34,256 bases of DNA. Source: Sphaeroforma arctica JP610 (Eukaryota). Below are positions 11,707 through 23,882 of the stretch, piece by piece; positions within the stretch are counted from its first letter, which is position 1; each line of letters begins with the position of its first letter. Where the stretch lies: positions 6,375 through 40,630 of the forward strand of contig NW_014039832.1 in assembly GCF_001186125.1 (NCBI RefSeq), in the 5' to 3' direction. Below the pieces are notes generated by a model, which searched no databases, was not told the DNA's origin, and saw only the letters and a list, made by a program, of their open reading frames with translations. The position numbers were made by a program, and so were the translations under genes.

Positions 11707-14192
11707 ATGCCAGAACTGCCTGAAGCTATGGTATCCAAGCTACAACAAGACGAATCTCCAGCTAAGACCTGGAGGAATGCGAAACCAGCACGCCCCCTCT
11801 TGCAACTGACACAGTATATCGCTGCCAATTTACAGGCCTATTTATTAGCTACGCTCACATACAATGTGATATACTTGATGAAAGGCAACGATCACACGCA
11901 CGACCATCGGTCCGAGGCCACCATACTCTACCTAGCTTCCCTAATGCGCAATATAGTTGGTACCGGTATGTTATACTTCTTATGTCATACGCGACCATAG
12001 CTCCGATATAACCACTTACGAAGCTGCTACATACAACTTCTTCTTAGAATGTAACCGCCACTCACATTTCACACTCATGCATGTGATGTTACGGGCAGGT
12101 ATTGATGATTCATATACGTCTCCGGAACATAATCTAATTTGTTTCTACCACGTGTATTATACTAGCCACCGTGTATCTATGGGCGAAAACAAAAAAGAGC
12201 TACAACCCACCGGAGAAGGCGGAGTTGGCATGGATCGAAGTGTTCCATATACTCTTGAAGATGCTGATCGTAAATAGGTGAGTTTTAGAGTCGCATTCTT
12301 CCAGTAGAATATCATAGTTGTCAACTTGCATCACGCAAAAAATTGCATCCTCTTGAACGCTCCAGCGGGTGATTAATATTTGTTCTGCCTTTTACGATCT
12401 TATTTATACTTTGTTACTATTGCTATTCGCCAGTGTTGTTGACACTCTAGAGGAGTACGTTGTAACCCACTACGTCGGATTCGCCTCGGTCCAATCAACC
12501 ACGAATAAAACAGGTATTCACAATCTTCGTTTATGAACAATAGAAACGATTAAGGCAGTAGAAAACCTGTCTGATAAACATAATGCACTGGAGGCACGGG
12601 ATTGTGCAGAAGGCTGTTAACGGATGTATGAAATCGTTGGACTATTTCTATGCTACGGTCTTTTTTAACAACGATTTACTGTATATTTCCGTTATAACTC
12701 TTATACACCACAATTTTGATACTACGACTACATATGACATAGTCATATATACATCTCCTATTCACGCCCTTCGCAAAGCAGTGCTTCTCATACTTCTGCT
12801 ATCCACACACTCCATTCTGATTAGGATACGACGCAGCTGTGCTCTCGGTACCGGCCTTTGCAGCCAAACTCTTCGCGTGGGAGATACTGTTCGATTTGGG
12901 CTTTTACATGGCGCATAGGACTGTACACGCCTATCCCTGGCTATATAGATTGGCACATAAAGAACACCACAGCCACCGCTACGTCACTGTACTGACCACG
13001 CATCTCCAGAATCCAATCGACGGTACACTCAACAATCTGATTCCGTGCGTGCTAGCCTGTTTTCGTAAGTCGCCTGCTGAGTTTGCACGTATCTAAAAAT
13101 TGCAAAAACTACACCTATTGTACGTGTATATACTGCACACTCTCCAATTCTCATCACATGTATTTTGTTTACGTTGTACGCTTTGAATACCCTGACTAAT
13201 CAAACTCTTGATCTCCTTCTCAACACACGACAGTGGTGCCCCGATTCTCGCCATTCGAATTCCAACTCGTAATGGCGTACAAAGTTTTGGGTGAATTGGG
13301 TAAGCAAAGTCACGCACAGTCCGGTTTCAAACGTATAAACCGATTCTTCAATTCTTTACAATTGGGGGTTTTTTTGTCCCACCACCTGACATAACTCCAC
13401 TCTATCATATTTATCAGCTGGCCACACTGGCGCGGTAACAGAGCAATCCTCGTTTCCGATTCTGGTCCAAGTCCCAAGGTAGGTCTCATTTACACCCCGT
13501 TACATGTGTTGATGGTGAATTCTATGATAGGTTTCAAGTATCCCAGGTGACAGTCAGCGGAACTGCAAGAGTCTCGCAGATAGAGAACCTCCAGACATAG
13601 CAGAGTCTGATGTTCTCGACCATTGGGAGTATGTCGTCTACCCTTGTGCGTGAAACTTAAGTAGTACGCACTTCTAAGTAGTGATTCCTTCAATCATCCG
13701 CACTTACTTCTAAACAGTACTTCTATCATCCGTTCATTTGTCAGATTGCTTGGCATCGAACTTCGCACTATCGACCACAACCACCACCACACACACAATA
13801 TCGGAAATTTCGGCAAGCGATTCTCTCTTTGGGATAAACTGCTCGGTACATTCGTCACCCCAACCAACCTTGCTTGGCCACACATTCCGACTGTGCTCTA
13901 CACTCCCAGCCCACCATTTTTTATGCAGTGGTTCGGAAAGGCACCAACTGAAAAAAAGTCTCGAAATAGCAGCAAGGAGGGTTCCCACAGTTTCGCGACG
14001 TCACTCACCTCGCGCCAATGTATCGATAAGAAACTTCTGGAACTTGAGTCCAAAACTGGAATTAAGACCGACGCAGAAAAGATTTATAGATCTTACGGCA
14101 GGCGGCCGTCGTTAAGATTCCAGAGGACAAGCAGAGTAATTGATGCTGAATCTGAAATGTCAGAGTCCGAGAGCGATTTCGATGAGTCATGA
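11707..14192 (+). CDS. Fatty acid hydroxylase / sterol desaturase superfamily protein, paralog 1 (~421 aa, 7 exons)
   Basis: Exons 11707-11965, 12166-12277, 12434-12513, 12825-13064, 13234-13299, 13418-13478, 13745-14192. All are GT-AG and phase-consistent. His boxes are HRTVH, HKEHH, GHTG and DHNHHH, followed by NFGKRFSLWDKLLGTF. Confidence 0.92.
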
Positions 14193-15019
14193 AGTCTGAA
14201 GAAACGCCTACTTTTTACTTTTTAGTTACAGTTTGAGACCTTTAGGAGACCTTGAGTATAGTCATTAAAATTTTAAAATACCTTCATCGCTCTTTGACAT
14301 ATTGGTCATCGTCTACTAGTAGGCGAGGTTGTACTTGAATCTGTGATTTTTAACAACTTAGCATTTTTATCTGCAATGTTCGAAATAAAGCTCATGTTGT
14401 TACAAGATACGCAAATATCAATTATTTAGTACAGATACTCTCACTGCCTATTGGCTAAGAGCTATGAGTCGTTTAGTGTATTAGACTTCTGAATGCACAC
14501 TTCGTGCAACAAGCACCGCAGCCGAACAAACAGCTGTCAGTTTCAACAAATAGGCAGATGATTCATATGTGTCATGTGAACGATTCACATAGCATATCCA
14601 CTTTAGTAGTATTAAATATATCTTTCACAGAGGTTCAAACAGGTGTCCAAATTCGATTAAATCATGTGAAATTGTCCCTGTTGGGATACCATCCCTACCG
14701 ATAGTAATCAGCGCTGCCAACCACTAGCCACTTGCATTGTTGAGAAACACATTTGTTTCAAAACAAATAGAACTCGGAATATTCATATCATCCCAACAAT
14801 CTACCGGGGCACATTTTTTTGATCCAACATGCTACAGTTTTATGTTTTGTTTTAAATCGAGGGCATTTCCAGCTTGTTTGTGGACGATAGCAGTGTTCAC
14901 GACAGGATCTGATTATGTATCCCTAACCAACGAATGCGTGTTTATATATATTGTTTATATATACCGCCTTGCAATGATAAAATCTTATACATTAGGTTGC
15001 GATCATAGCGTAGCGCAGT

Positions 15020-17478
15020 ATGTCAGTTTTATTGGAAGCTGCGGAGCCCGAACTGAAACATACATCGTCCGCTAAAGCCTGGAGGACGGCGAGACCAGTA
15101 GGTCTCCACTTGCAGCTTGTACAATATATCGGTGCTAATGCTCAAGCCTATCTGATAGCTACACTCACTTACACTGTCGCCAATTCGATGAGATGTTCCG
15201 ATCAACCGTGCAGCCACCGGTCGGAGGTTACTATGATTTACCTTGCTTCCCTGTTGCGAGACATAGTTGCCACTGGTATGTCGCTTGCAACACCTGATAT
15301 GGCAAAAAGTGTTTGTTTTTCCCGTTTTTTTTGCATAGCATGCGTGTGATTATCGACCCGTTAGCCTCCTGCTCAACATGCAGGATATTTGGCACTAACA
15401 CAACACGTTCATGATATCATATACACCGAATACCTTGACAATTTCAAATTTGTGCTTTATCAGCCACCGTGTATCTGTGGGCTAAAACGATGAAAAGTTA
15501 CAACCCACCGGAGACGACAGAGTTGGCGTGGAGCGAAGTGTTCAACTTACTCTTGAGGATGCTTGTTGTAAATTGGTGAGAATTCAGGGTTGTATTTGTA
15601 CAGTATTCCAGTATAATATTCCGCTCGACTGAAGTTTATACATGTGTACCTTTTTGTGAAAAGCTATATTCACGAGTGAATTGAATACATTTGTAATTCG
15701 TGTTGGGTAAGGTAACTCAGACCCACACCCTTTGTCTATTCCCAATCGCTAGTGTTGTGGATACTCTAGAGGAATATGCTGTTATGCACTTTGTCGGATT
15801 CGCCGCGGTCCCACCAAGCACGAACGGATCAGGTACCTTCATTACTAACGCAAACCTCGCCTGGACCTTTCTTACCGTGATGCCATGTTTAGTATGTGTG
15901 CGATCAAAATAGTCATAGATCTGAGGTTCGAATGTTTGTTCATTTCTTTTCTGAGACAAATATCTTCAGCATGCCCAGCACTTAGGACCAAGCTTGTACC
16001 CAGCCACATGTCGATTTTGCTTGTCTCTGCTGACGAAACGCGTAAAATTTTGATTAGGTTACAGTACAGGTTTGCTATCTGTGGTACACTTCGTGGCAAA
16101 ACTCTTCGCGTGGGAAATACTGTTTGACTTGGGCTTCTACGCGGCACACAGAATCGTACATGCGTACCCCTGGCTCTACAGATTGGCGCATAAGGAACAC
16201 CACAGGCACCGCTATGTCACCGTATTGAGCGCACATCTCCAGAATCCAATAGACGTTGCACTTAACAATTTTGTTCCGTGCGTGTTAGCCTGCATGCGTA
16301 AGTCACCCAAGCAGCTTGCGTATGTGCTTTTGCATTAACCCAAGCAGCTTGCGTATGTGTTTTTGCATTATTTCCATATACCTGAATGTGGGCATGGTCT
16401 GAAAGTACTGCCTTGCAAATCTCTTTAAAAAAGACTCAGTTGATAACACATGTTTTGTAAGGTACTTTAATTGCGTTGCACCTTTCTAATTCTGACACTA
16501 CCGTACCATCGAACCAACGACCGTCTCTTGTTGCAAATTGGCAGTGGTGCCTCAGTTCTCGCAATTCGAATTCCAACTCATGATGGCGTACAAAGTCCTT
16601 GGTGAACTGGGTAAGCAAAGTCATCCGCACTCCACCTGTTCTGAATACTGCATATTTCCATAGCCTTCTAAATGAAACATTTCACCCATTTTCGAAAGCG
16701 CATTCCATGTGTATATCCATCACATGGCAAACCGCGTCGTAATTTTGTTAAAAAAATATAATAATAATGCATTTTTCAGCGGGTCACTCCGGATCTGTCA
16801 CAGGTGAATCGTCATTCACAATACTGATACAAGTTCCCAGGTAAGCCACACTCGATACCAAATGTTGATAACTTTGCATAATTTGTATTCAAGTGATATT
16901 AAAAATAGTCGTACTGTTATCAGGTTCGAGCTTTTGGCGGATGGGATTGGTCCATATAGAAGTCGCACCTATCCATCGTGGCACGGAGAATCAATAATAT
17001 TAATTCCAGTTCACTCATCACCAGATTACTTGGCATCGAACTCCGCGCCATCGACCACAACCACCACCACACACACAATATCGGAAATTTCGGCAAGCGA
17101 TTCTCTCTTTGGGATAAACTGCTCGGTACATTCGTCACCCCAACCAACCTTGCTTGGCCACACATTCCTACTGTGCTTTACACTCCCAGCCCACCATTCT
17201 TCATGCTGTGGTTCGGAAAGGAATCTACTGCAAAAAGCGCTCGAACCTGCAGTAAGGAAGATCCCCACAGTTTTGCAACGTCCCTTACTATATCGCGCCA
17301 ACTCCCAGATGAAACCGCTTCAGAACTCAACTCCGCATCGAAACTCAAAATCGGCAACTACGAGGTGAACACATCAAACCTACAGAGCAGCAAATCGTCA
17401 CTAAGAGCTCGAAAGGCGAACAGACCTGACTGTGGATCTGAACTGTCTGAATCCGATATTGGCTCAATCGACCTGTGA
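15020..17478 (+). CDS. Fatty acid hydroxylase / sterol desaturase superfamily protein, paralog 2 (~422 aa, 7 exons)
   Basis: Exons 15020-15275, 15464-15575, 15753-15832, 16058-16297, 16545-16610, 16780-16840, 17025-17478. Internal exon lengths (112, 80, 240, 66, 61) and phases are identical to paralog 1. His boxes are HRIVH, HKEHH, GHSG and DHNHHH. Confidence 0.92.
16305..16370. repeat. 33-bp direct tandem duplication (1 mismatch) at the start of intron 4 of paralog 2
   Basis: acccaagcagcttgcgtatgtg(c/t)ttttgcatta occurs at 16305-16337 and 16338-16370. Confidence 0.9.
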
Positions 17479-18108
17479 TGATCCTAGGATAGAAAATAAC
17501 TTAGTATAGTGCACGCTTTAAGACTGTATTTACATAAACTTCCATAGCAGCAGTGTCTATCGATTTCAGATCCGAGGACTCGCTAATTACCAGGTTGTTC
17601 CAAAAACCCGTAAGAAATATTGATATCCCTATATTATCGCAATCTAGTAAGAGGAATACTCGGTGCTGTCGACCGAACTCTAGGAAACCGAGCCCTAGAA
17701 ACAAATAGATTGGTCGCAGAATGGAAGCAAAAAACTGTACTGTAGCGTTTGAGGTTAATGGGGCTAATGAACATACCCAATGGGTATCAAATCAGTGAAG
17801 TCACGCGTCTATTTGGTACTACGAACAGTTATTTGCATAGCACGATTCGACAGTTTTAACCCGGCATGGTACAGAGATGCCAGATTTCCATACTAATAAT
17901 ATACCAACATTCGAATCACTACCAGGCCATCGGAGACTGCAGCGTATGCAGTAACTAAAATTTGAGTATAAAGGACAGGTTTCAGCAAATGACCGTCCCG
18001 CATGTGCTCCTTACTAAATTTATTGATATATGCATTGCTTTGTCTCCTCATATGTACAAGCTCCCAACATGGGCTTGTCTTCTTGCTGGTCGATGACCAC
18101 TATACCTT

Positions 18109-20834
18109 TCACTGTACTTTCCCATAGTATATGTAGAAGGTGGGACATTCCTCTGGCGAAGGGCTGAGTACCTCTACCAATTCCATCCATTGTTGCCATG
18201 TGCATGCACCATCGGGTAAGTCTGCGTTATCGTTGGGTTCACAGACCTGAGAGTACAAGGGGGCGAGGGTGTTTGGGTATAAAAGAACTGCATAGGTATA
18301 TGTGATGATTCATAAATAGCTCACTTAGAGATCACCTCAAAAAGAAAGGAGAGCGGATTCGGAATCACTGTCCATTCAGGACAACTATTTGCGTTGTCAT
18401 GTGCAATGCGCGCAGTCAAGTAGGCCCTGATTCTCGTTAGGTTCACTGACCTGAGAGCTCACGGAGTGAGGGTGTTTGAATATATAGGTGTCTAGACTAA
18501 ACGACAAGGAATACTGGTATAGGCACCCAACTGACGTTTTTTCCAGCACAGGAGTGGTCAAGTATGAGAGGCTATATGTGACAAACGCACACAGAACAGC
18601 TGTTTGTTCAGCACTCTTGGCATGGAGTGATATTGATGATCTAACAGTTACACACCTATCCCGAACGATATACAATAAGACTAATTAGTTTATGCCGCGA
18701 TACTCCAGCTTTAATGTCGGACAGACAGAACGAACATATACGAACAGTATCATAACATGCGTTGTCGTACAGCATATAACTCCCACAAGCCAATACGAAG
18801 AATAACGTATAGGCCTTACATCGAGCAAGTTGCCGTTGTAGGTCACCCCCACGGCATATTCTTTCACCACGTTGGTGCCCTCGTCGCTGACAGCCTCTGC
18901 TGAAGTATCAACACTCTAGAGATATAAAATGTACAATGAATTCTATTAGTACTACATACATATAGTAGAACCATTGCACATTGCCTTTTATGAGAACAGC
19001 GATGCGATTGAATAGGAAACCATATCATACTCGATAACAACTAAAGATTAATAAAAATACTTCAGCTGTGATAACGAAACCGAATTTCAAGATGCTATTT
19101 ACCTTCTCACATAACGCTACTTTGGTAAAAAACCCCCCAGATTTGCTCAGTTCGATAATTCACAAAAACTATTACATAATAATGTATATATATATATATA
19201 TGCATATGTGGTTTTTGAATGTTACAGTCGATATATGTATATATATATATATACATAATAAATAAATAAATAAATAAATAAACAAATAAACAAATAAATA
19301 GATATACATATATATATATTGCTTTGGCATGTAATAGCATGTACCAGAATCATGGGAGATACTTATAATAAATTAGCTACAAACTTCGACTACCTGATAC
19401 ACTTCAAAGACTATGGTGCTTCCCCATGGTGGGCGGTGTTCATGTGTCTTTGAATCCCTAGCGCTCAGCATAGCCAAGACAGTCGTGAGAGTGGAATCTG
19501 CAACCACCTGTATACATACGAAGAGGACATGACGGAATAAGAGATGAGGTGGTGAGAATAAGCTCTAAGTATAAAACGGAATAAGTGAGCGGCTATATGT
19601 GTAATGTGACCAAATACGTGAAGGGTTTGATGTAATCAGCCGTAAGAAGCACGGCGCTCGAGCGAAGAATAAGAATATGGCTGACCATATTGAAATCCTC
19701 ACCAAGATAGGGCGTGACAGTATGCGACCGAACAGGCCAATGAGTGGGCGATAAAAGCTATTAATTGTATAAGTAAGACAAAACATTAATGAGTTACACA
19801 AGGTGTGCATTGTAGAAATGGAAGTGCAGATAAATAAGTGATTTATCGATATTGTACAACAACAATAAGTCAGCGTTTGCCCGCACATGGCGAGGAGGCA
19901 GCACAGAAATATATGCATCTAACAAAGGCCTTACTACAAACACTCTGCATGTTGAGATGCGCATATATATATATATATATATATATGATGTTATGGGTGC
20001 ATATGAGAGGCACTGAACCTCGGTCTCTCCAGATAGCAGGTAAAATATTGTTCGGGCATGTATGACTATATATATAGATATAGATATAGACATATAAACA
20101 TATATATATATATATGCGCAACACGACTGATATGTAGTCCACGATGCATGGCCAATCAAAATATAATCGCTTTCAGAGCAGACTTATATATATTTCCGTG
20201 CAGAATGTGAGCATCAATTGATGTTTGCAAAATATTGGAACTACCATAAAGACGATTAATTCGATTTACAAAAAGAAATACATCCATACATAAAAAACAG
20301 ATACATACAGACAAAAAAAAACAGATAAATACATACATATTTACTAGCAAAGACGTGCCCGTAGCTAAAAACAGCAAAATATATTGCCTAGGTATTATCA
20401 ATCACACTGGGTTATATTTTTACAATGGCAATGTACATATCTGAAATTATTATCGACCTCAAAAATATTCTTATATACCGATTTGTTGCCCACATGGAAT
20501 ATGTATTGAATTAATCATACCTCGATTGATAGTTTGGGTCCTTTGGCTTTCTCAGTTACATCCATCATTTTATCCATCAGAAACTGTCGTGCAGAAACGA
20601 ATTTCAAGAATATTTTGAATCCGAACGGTTATCCAATGTGATCTTTAAAAGCGTTGAATATGCAGCATATGAAATTTCACGAGCGAATGATCCTAAACCG
20701 AACAGAATTGCCCACGACGGATAGATTCGAGAATTATATTGCAGGTCGAGTATTGATTGGGATATCACACATATCCACAAATCCATCTATATCCGTACTA
20801 ACGGACAAATTTTGCAATATATATATATATAAAC

Positions 20835-20865
<31 letters not shown>

Positions 20866-20983
20866 CATAAATATAAATATATACATACATATGTATTCAT
20901 ATATATATATAGATATATATGTGCGAATTCAAACAGTTTACGAATACCCATAAATATAAATATATATACATACATACTACATA

Positions 20984-21018
<35 letters not shown>

Positions 21019-21075
21019 CATTTACATACATATATATATATTTATATATGCATATATACACACGCACATATATAC

Positions 21076-21106
<31 letters not shown>

Positions 21107-23851
21107 GACTCATCATAAACGAGAGCACAAGGCACATACTCTGAAGTAGTAGCCAAACGTGAGTTTCCTGTAGAGTTCGAGTTCTGTCTGGTTTTGTTCC
21201 TTCAGATATGTAAATGTGAACGTCCGCCTGTTTGGAGATATATGTGTGTAGACGATTGTGAGTGTCTGCATGCAGCGATCGGTGGACGAGAAATTGACAC
21301 TCACGATTCAATGTACGACAAATAAACAAATATATATCGATTGTCGACATTTGCGTCAACGCAAAACAAAATATATACGACAATTAAACACACAAAAAAG
21401 GCAGACTTACGACTTAGTCTCATATTCATCTATGGCATTTGCTGTGTGGAGGTTGGCCAATTGCTCGGGCGTGTCCCCGAGGCCATGACACGCATGTGAC
21501 ACCATGCAGTCATACACGGCATCCAGTAGCTCTAATTAATCCGATACACAGTGGAAGGATTAATTAAACGGTACGTATGTACACCAATATTATGTGGCAG
21601 CGGTGTATTTGAGAAAAATAGATAGATAGTTAGTTAGATAGACCATGAAACGCAATGATACCATGTAGGTCTATACGACATCCAGAAAATCTGGTTGGTT
21701 AATCCGATACAGATGAAGTGGTTGTTAACGGTTTGTACATACTCTATTGCAGTGAGTAGGCTATGTACTTGATATATAAAACGACATGTTTCCGTGATCT
21801 GCCACCTGGACCGCTGTAGAATGGTCAGCAATGCGAGCCACCTGGACCGCTGTAGAATGGTCAGCAATGCGAGCCACCTGCAGGGCCATAATTGTAGCCT
21901 TGACCTACAACGAAGACTTTTTTCATTCATTGAACCTAACCGAGATAGTTATAAGGAAATTTATCTACCAAGAACAATAAACTGTAATAGATATACATAT
22001 CTACAGAGCGCTCTGTGCACGTCTCGACCGCCTTTGTGGTCGGAAACAGTAGCCATCTCGAAGGCCATATCCGAGATCTCACTCCACACAGACTATTCGT
22101 ATGAATCATACCCTCCAAGAATACTCTATTAATGGATCTACCTACCTGCCGACCGCTCCGTGTCTGATTCGACTGTCTTCGTGTGGTCCGCAATGGTAGC
22201 CACCTGCTTGGCCACATCTGAGATCTCGCCCCACATGGCAGACGTCGTCTTCACCTCCTGCCCTAACTTGTTGAGGCGCGCGAGCTGAGTACCATTGCAG
22301 ATTTTTGGGTAGATGTGGAACGGCGTGCTGCGCTTAGGGGTTCCGTCGGATATCACCTGCACAGTCAGTGAATCACAGAGGTTGTTGTGATGAGGTGTGT
22401 ACGCATATAAGTCATCGTCTTGTGTAGCTGGCTCTACGCAATACTCCAATGATCGATCAGACACAAATACTATATCAGTCACGAATAATATGCACCCTCA
22501 AAAACGTCTAAGTACTTGTACACAAATACACAGGTACATTTACATTTTAAAAGTAGATACCATCCGCGCACTCCGACACACCTTGGCCGCAGGATACGCC
22601 TCCACCGTCGGCAAATCGCCACAGAGGCCTTTGTACACACTCTGCAGTGTCAGCTGGTTCTTCAGTGCATCTTCGCTGGACAAGGAGACTGTCTCAGGTG
22701 TACATAGACCCTCAAACAGGGGTGTGCCTGTGCTTTCCGTATCCGTATTCAGATAGGCGTGTTTCAGCATACCGCCCAGTTTCTCGGCATGGGTGGCACC
22801 TTGCAGTGTCAGCTGCTTTGCATTGCAATAGCCTGTGCGAATCGGGTAGAAGTTGTGAGAACGTGACTGTCGAGAAAGATGCGTAGTTTGTTACGAGGCT
22901 GTAGACACATACAATATATAGTACATATCTTGTGGCGTCAACTGTTTCGCATTGCAGTAACTATTAGAAATTACGAAGAATATGTCATAAGAACGAAGTT
23001 GTCAGGGGGTATGTATAGCTGTGGTAAAGAAATAGATGAATAACTATATTTTTATACATGTATATGTATACGTATACACATTTGCTGACGTTCACCTGTT
23101 AGATGTATGTGCAGTCATGAACCACCACCACATTCAAATTAAACACAATTTTTTCAATAAAACACTCCTCAAACTCGACACACACAATCGCACAACACGA
23201 TGCTCACCTTTCTCTGGAGCTGCATATGGATCGCCAATAAAGTCCTTGGTATTCCAGATAGAACTGCGCTCAGTGTCTTCACATTGATGCTGTAGATGAG
23301 AGAAATGTCGTGATGTGTTAAGACTGTGCATTTCAATAGTGTATCAGTAAGCTCACATTGATAGAGAAAATATGAAAGGTGGAATGGGAGTTTAATGCTT
23401 TAACTTTCCATATGCTATCAGTATTTCCGTATTGATGCTGTAGATAAGGAAGCAGGTGTGATATGAAAATACTTTCAATTTCATCCGCGGTGTAACTGTA
23501 ACTCTACGCTGACGACAGGAAAGGTGATGTGGGATGTTCTGACTGTACTTTCGACATCGTTTCTCAGTAGCTTCGCATTGATGCGAAGAACTAGAAAGTT
23601 CGCGAGTTAACTATTCATACTCTATCATGGTATGGGGTGCATAAGCATCTTTTCAAGTGATCTGACAATCCGCCAGATACAGAAGAGTATTGAATCGTTT
23701 TTTCTAGACAGATTATATCAGAGACCAAGGATTCACGTTCTAAACCAGGAAGGCATGGCAAACTATGGCGACAAAAGGGATTCAATCCGGTGTCTTTTTA
23801 AATCATGGATATGTAAACAAACAAACAAACAAACAAACAAACAAACAAGCA

Positions 23852-23882
<31 letters not shown>

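Noticed and set aside
13510..13555. Possible ghost copy of the exon 6 donor in hydroxylase paralog 1 (caagtatcccaggtga)
   Set aside because: Similarity is too short to separate from chance.
19565..21085. ORFs rich in Y/I/C/V
   Set aside because: Translations of intronic TA/CA microsatellites.
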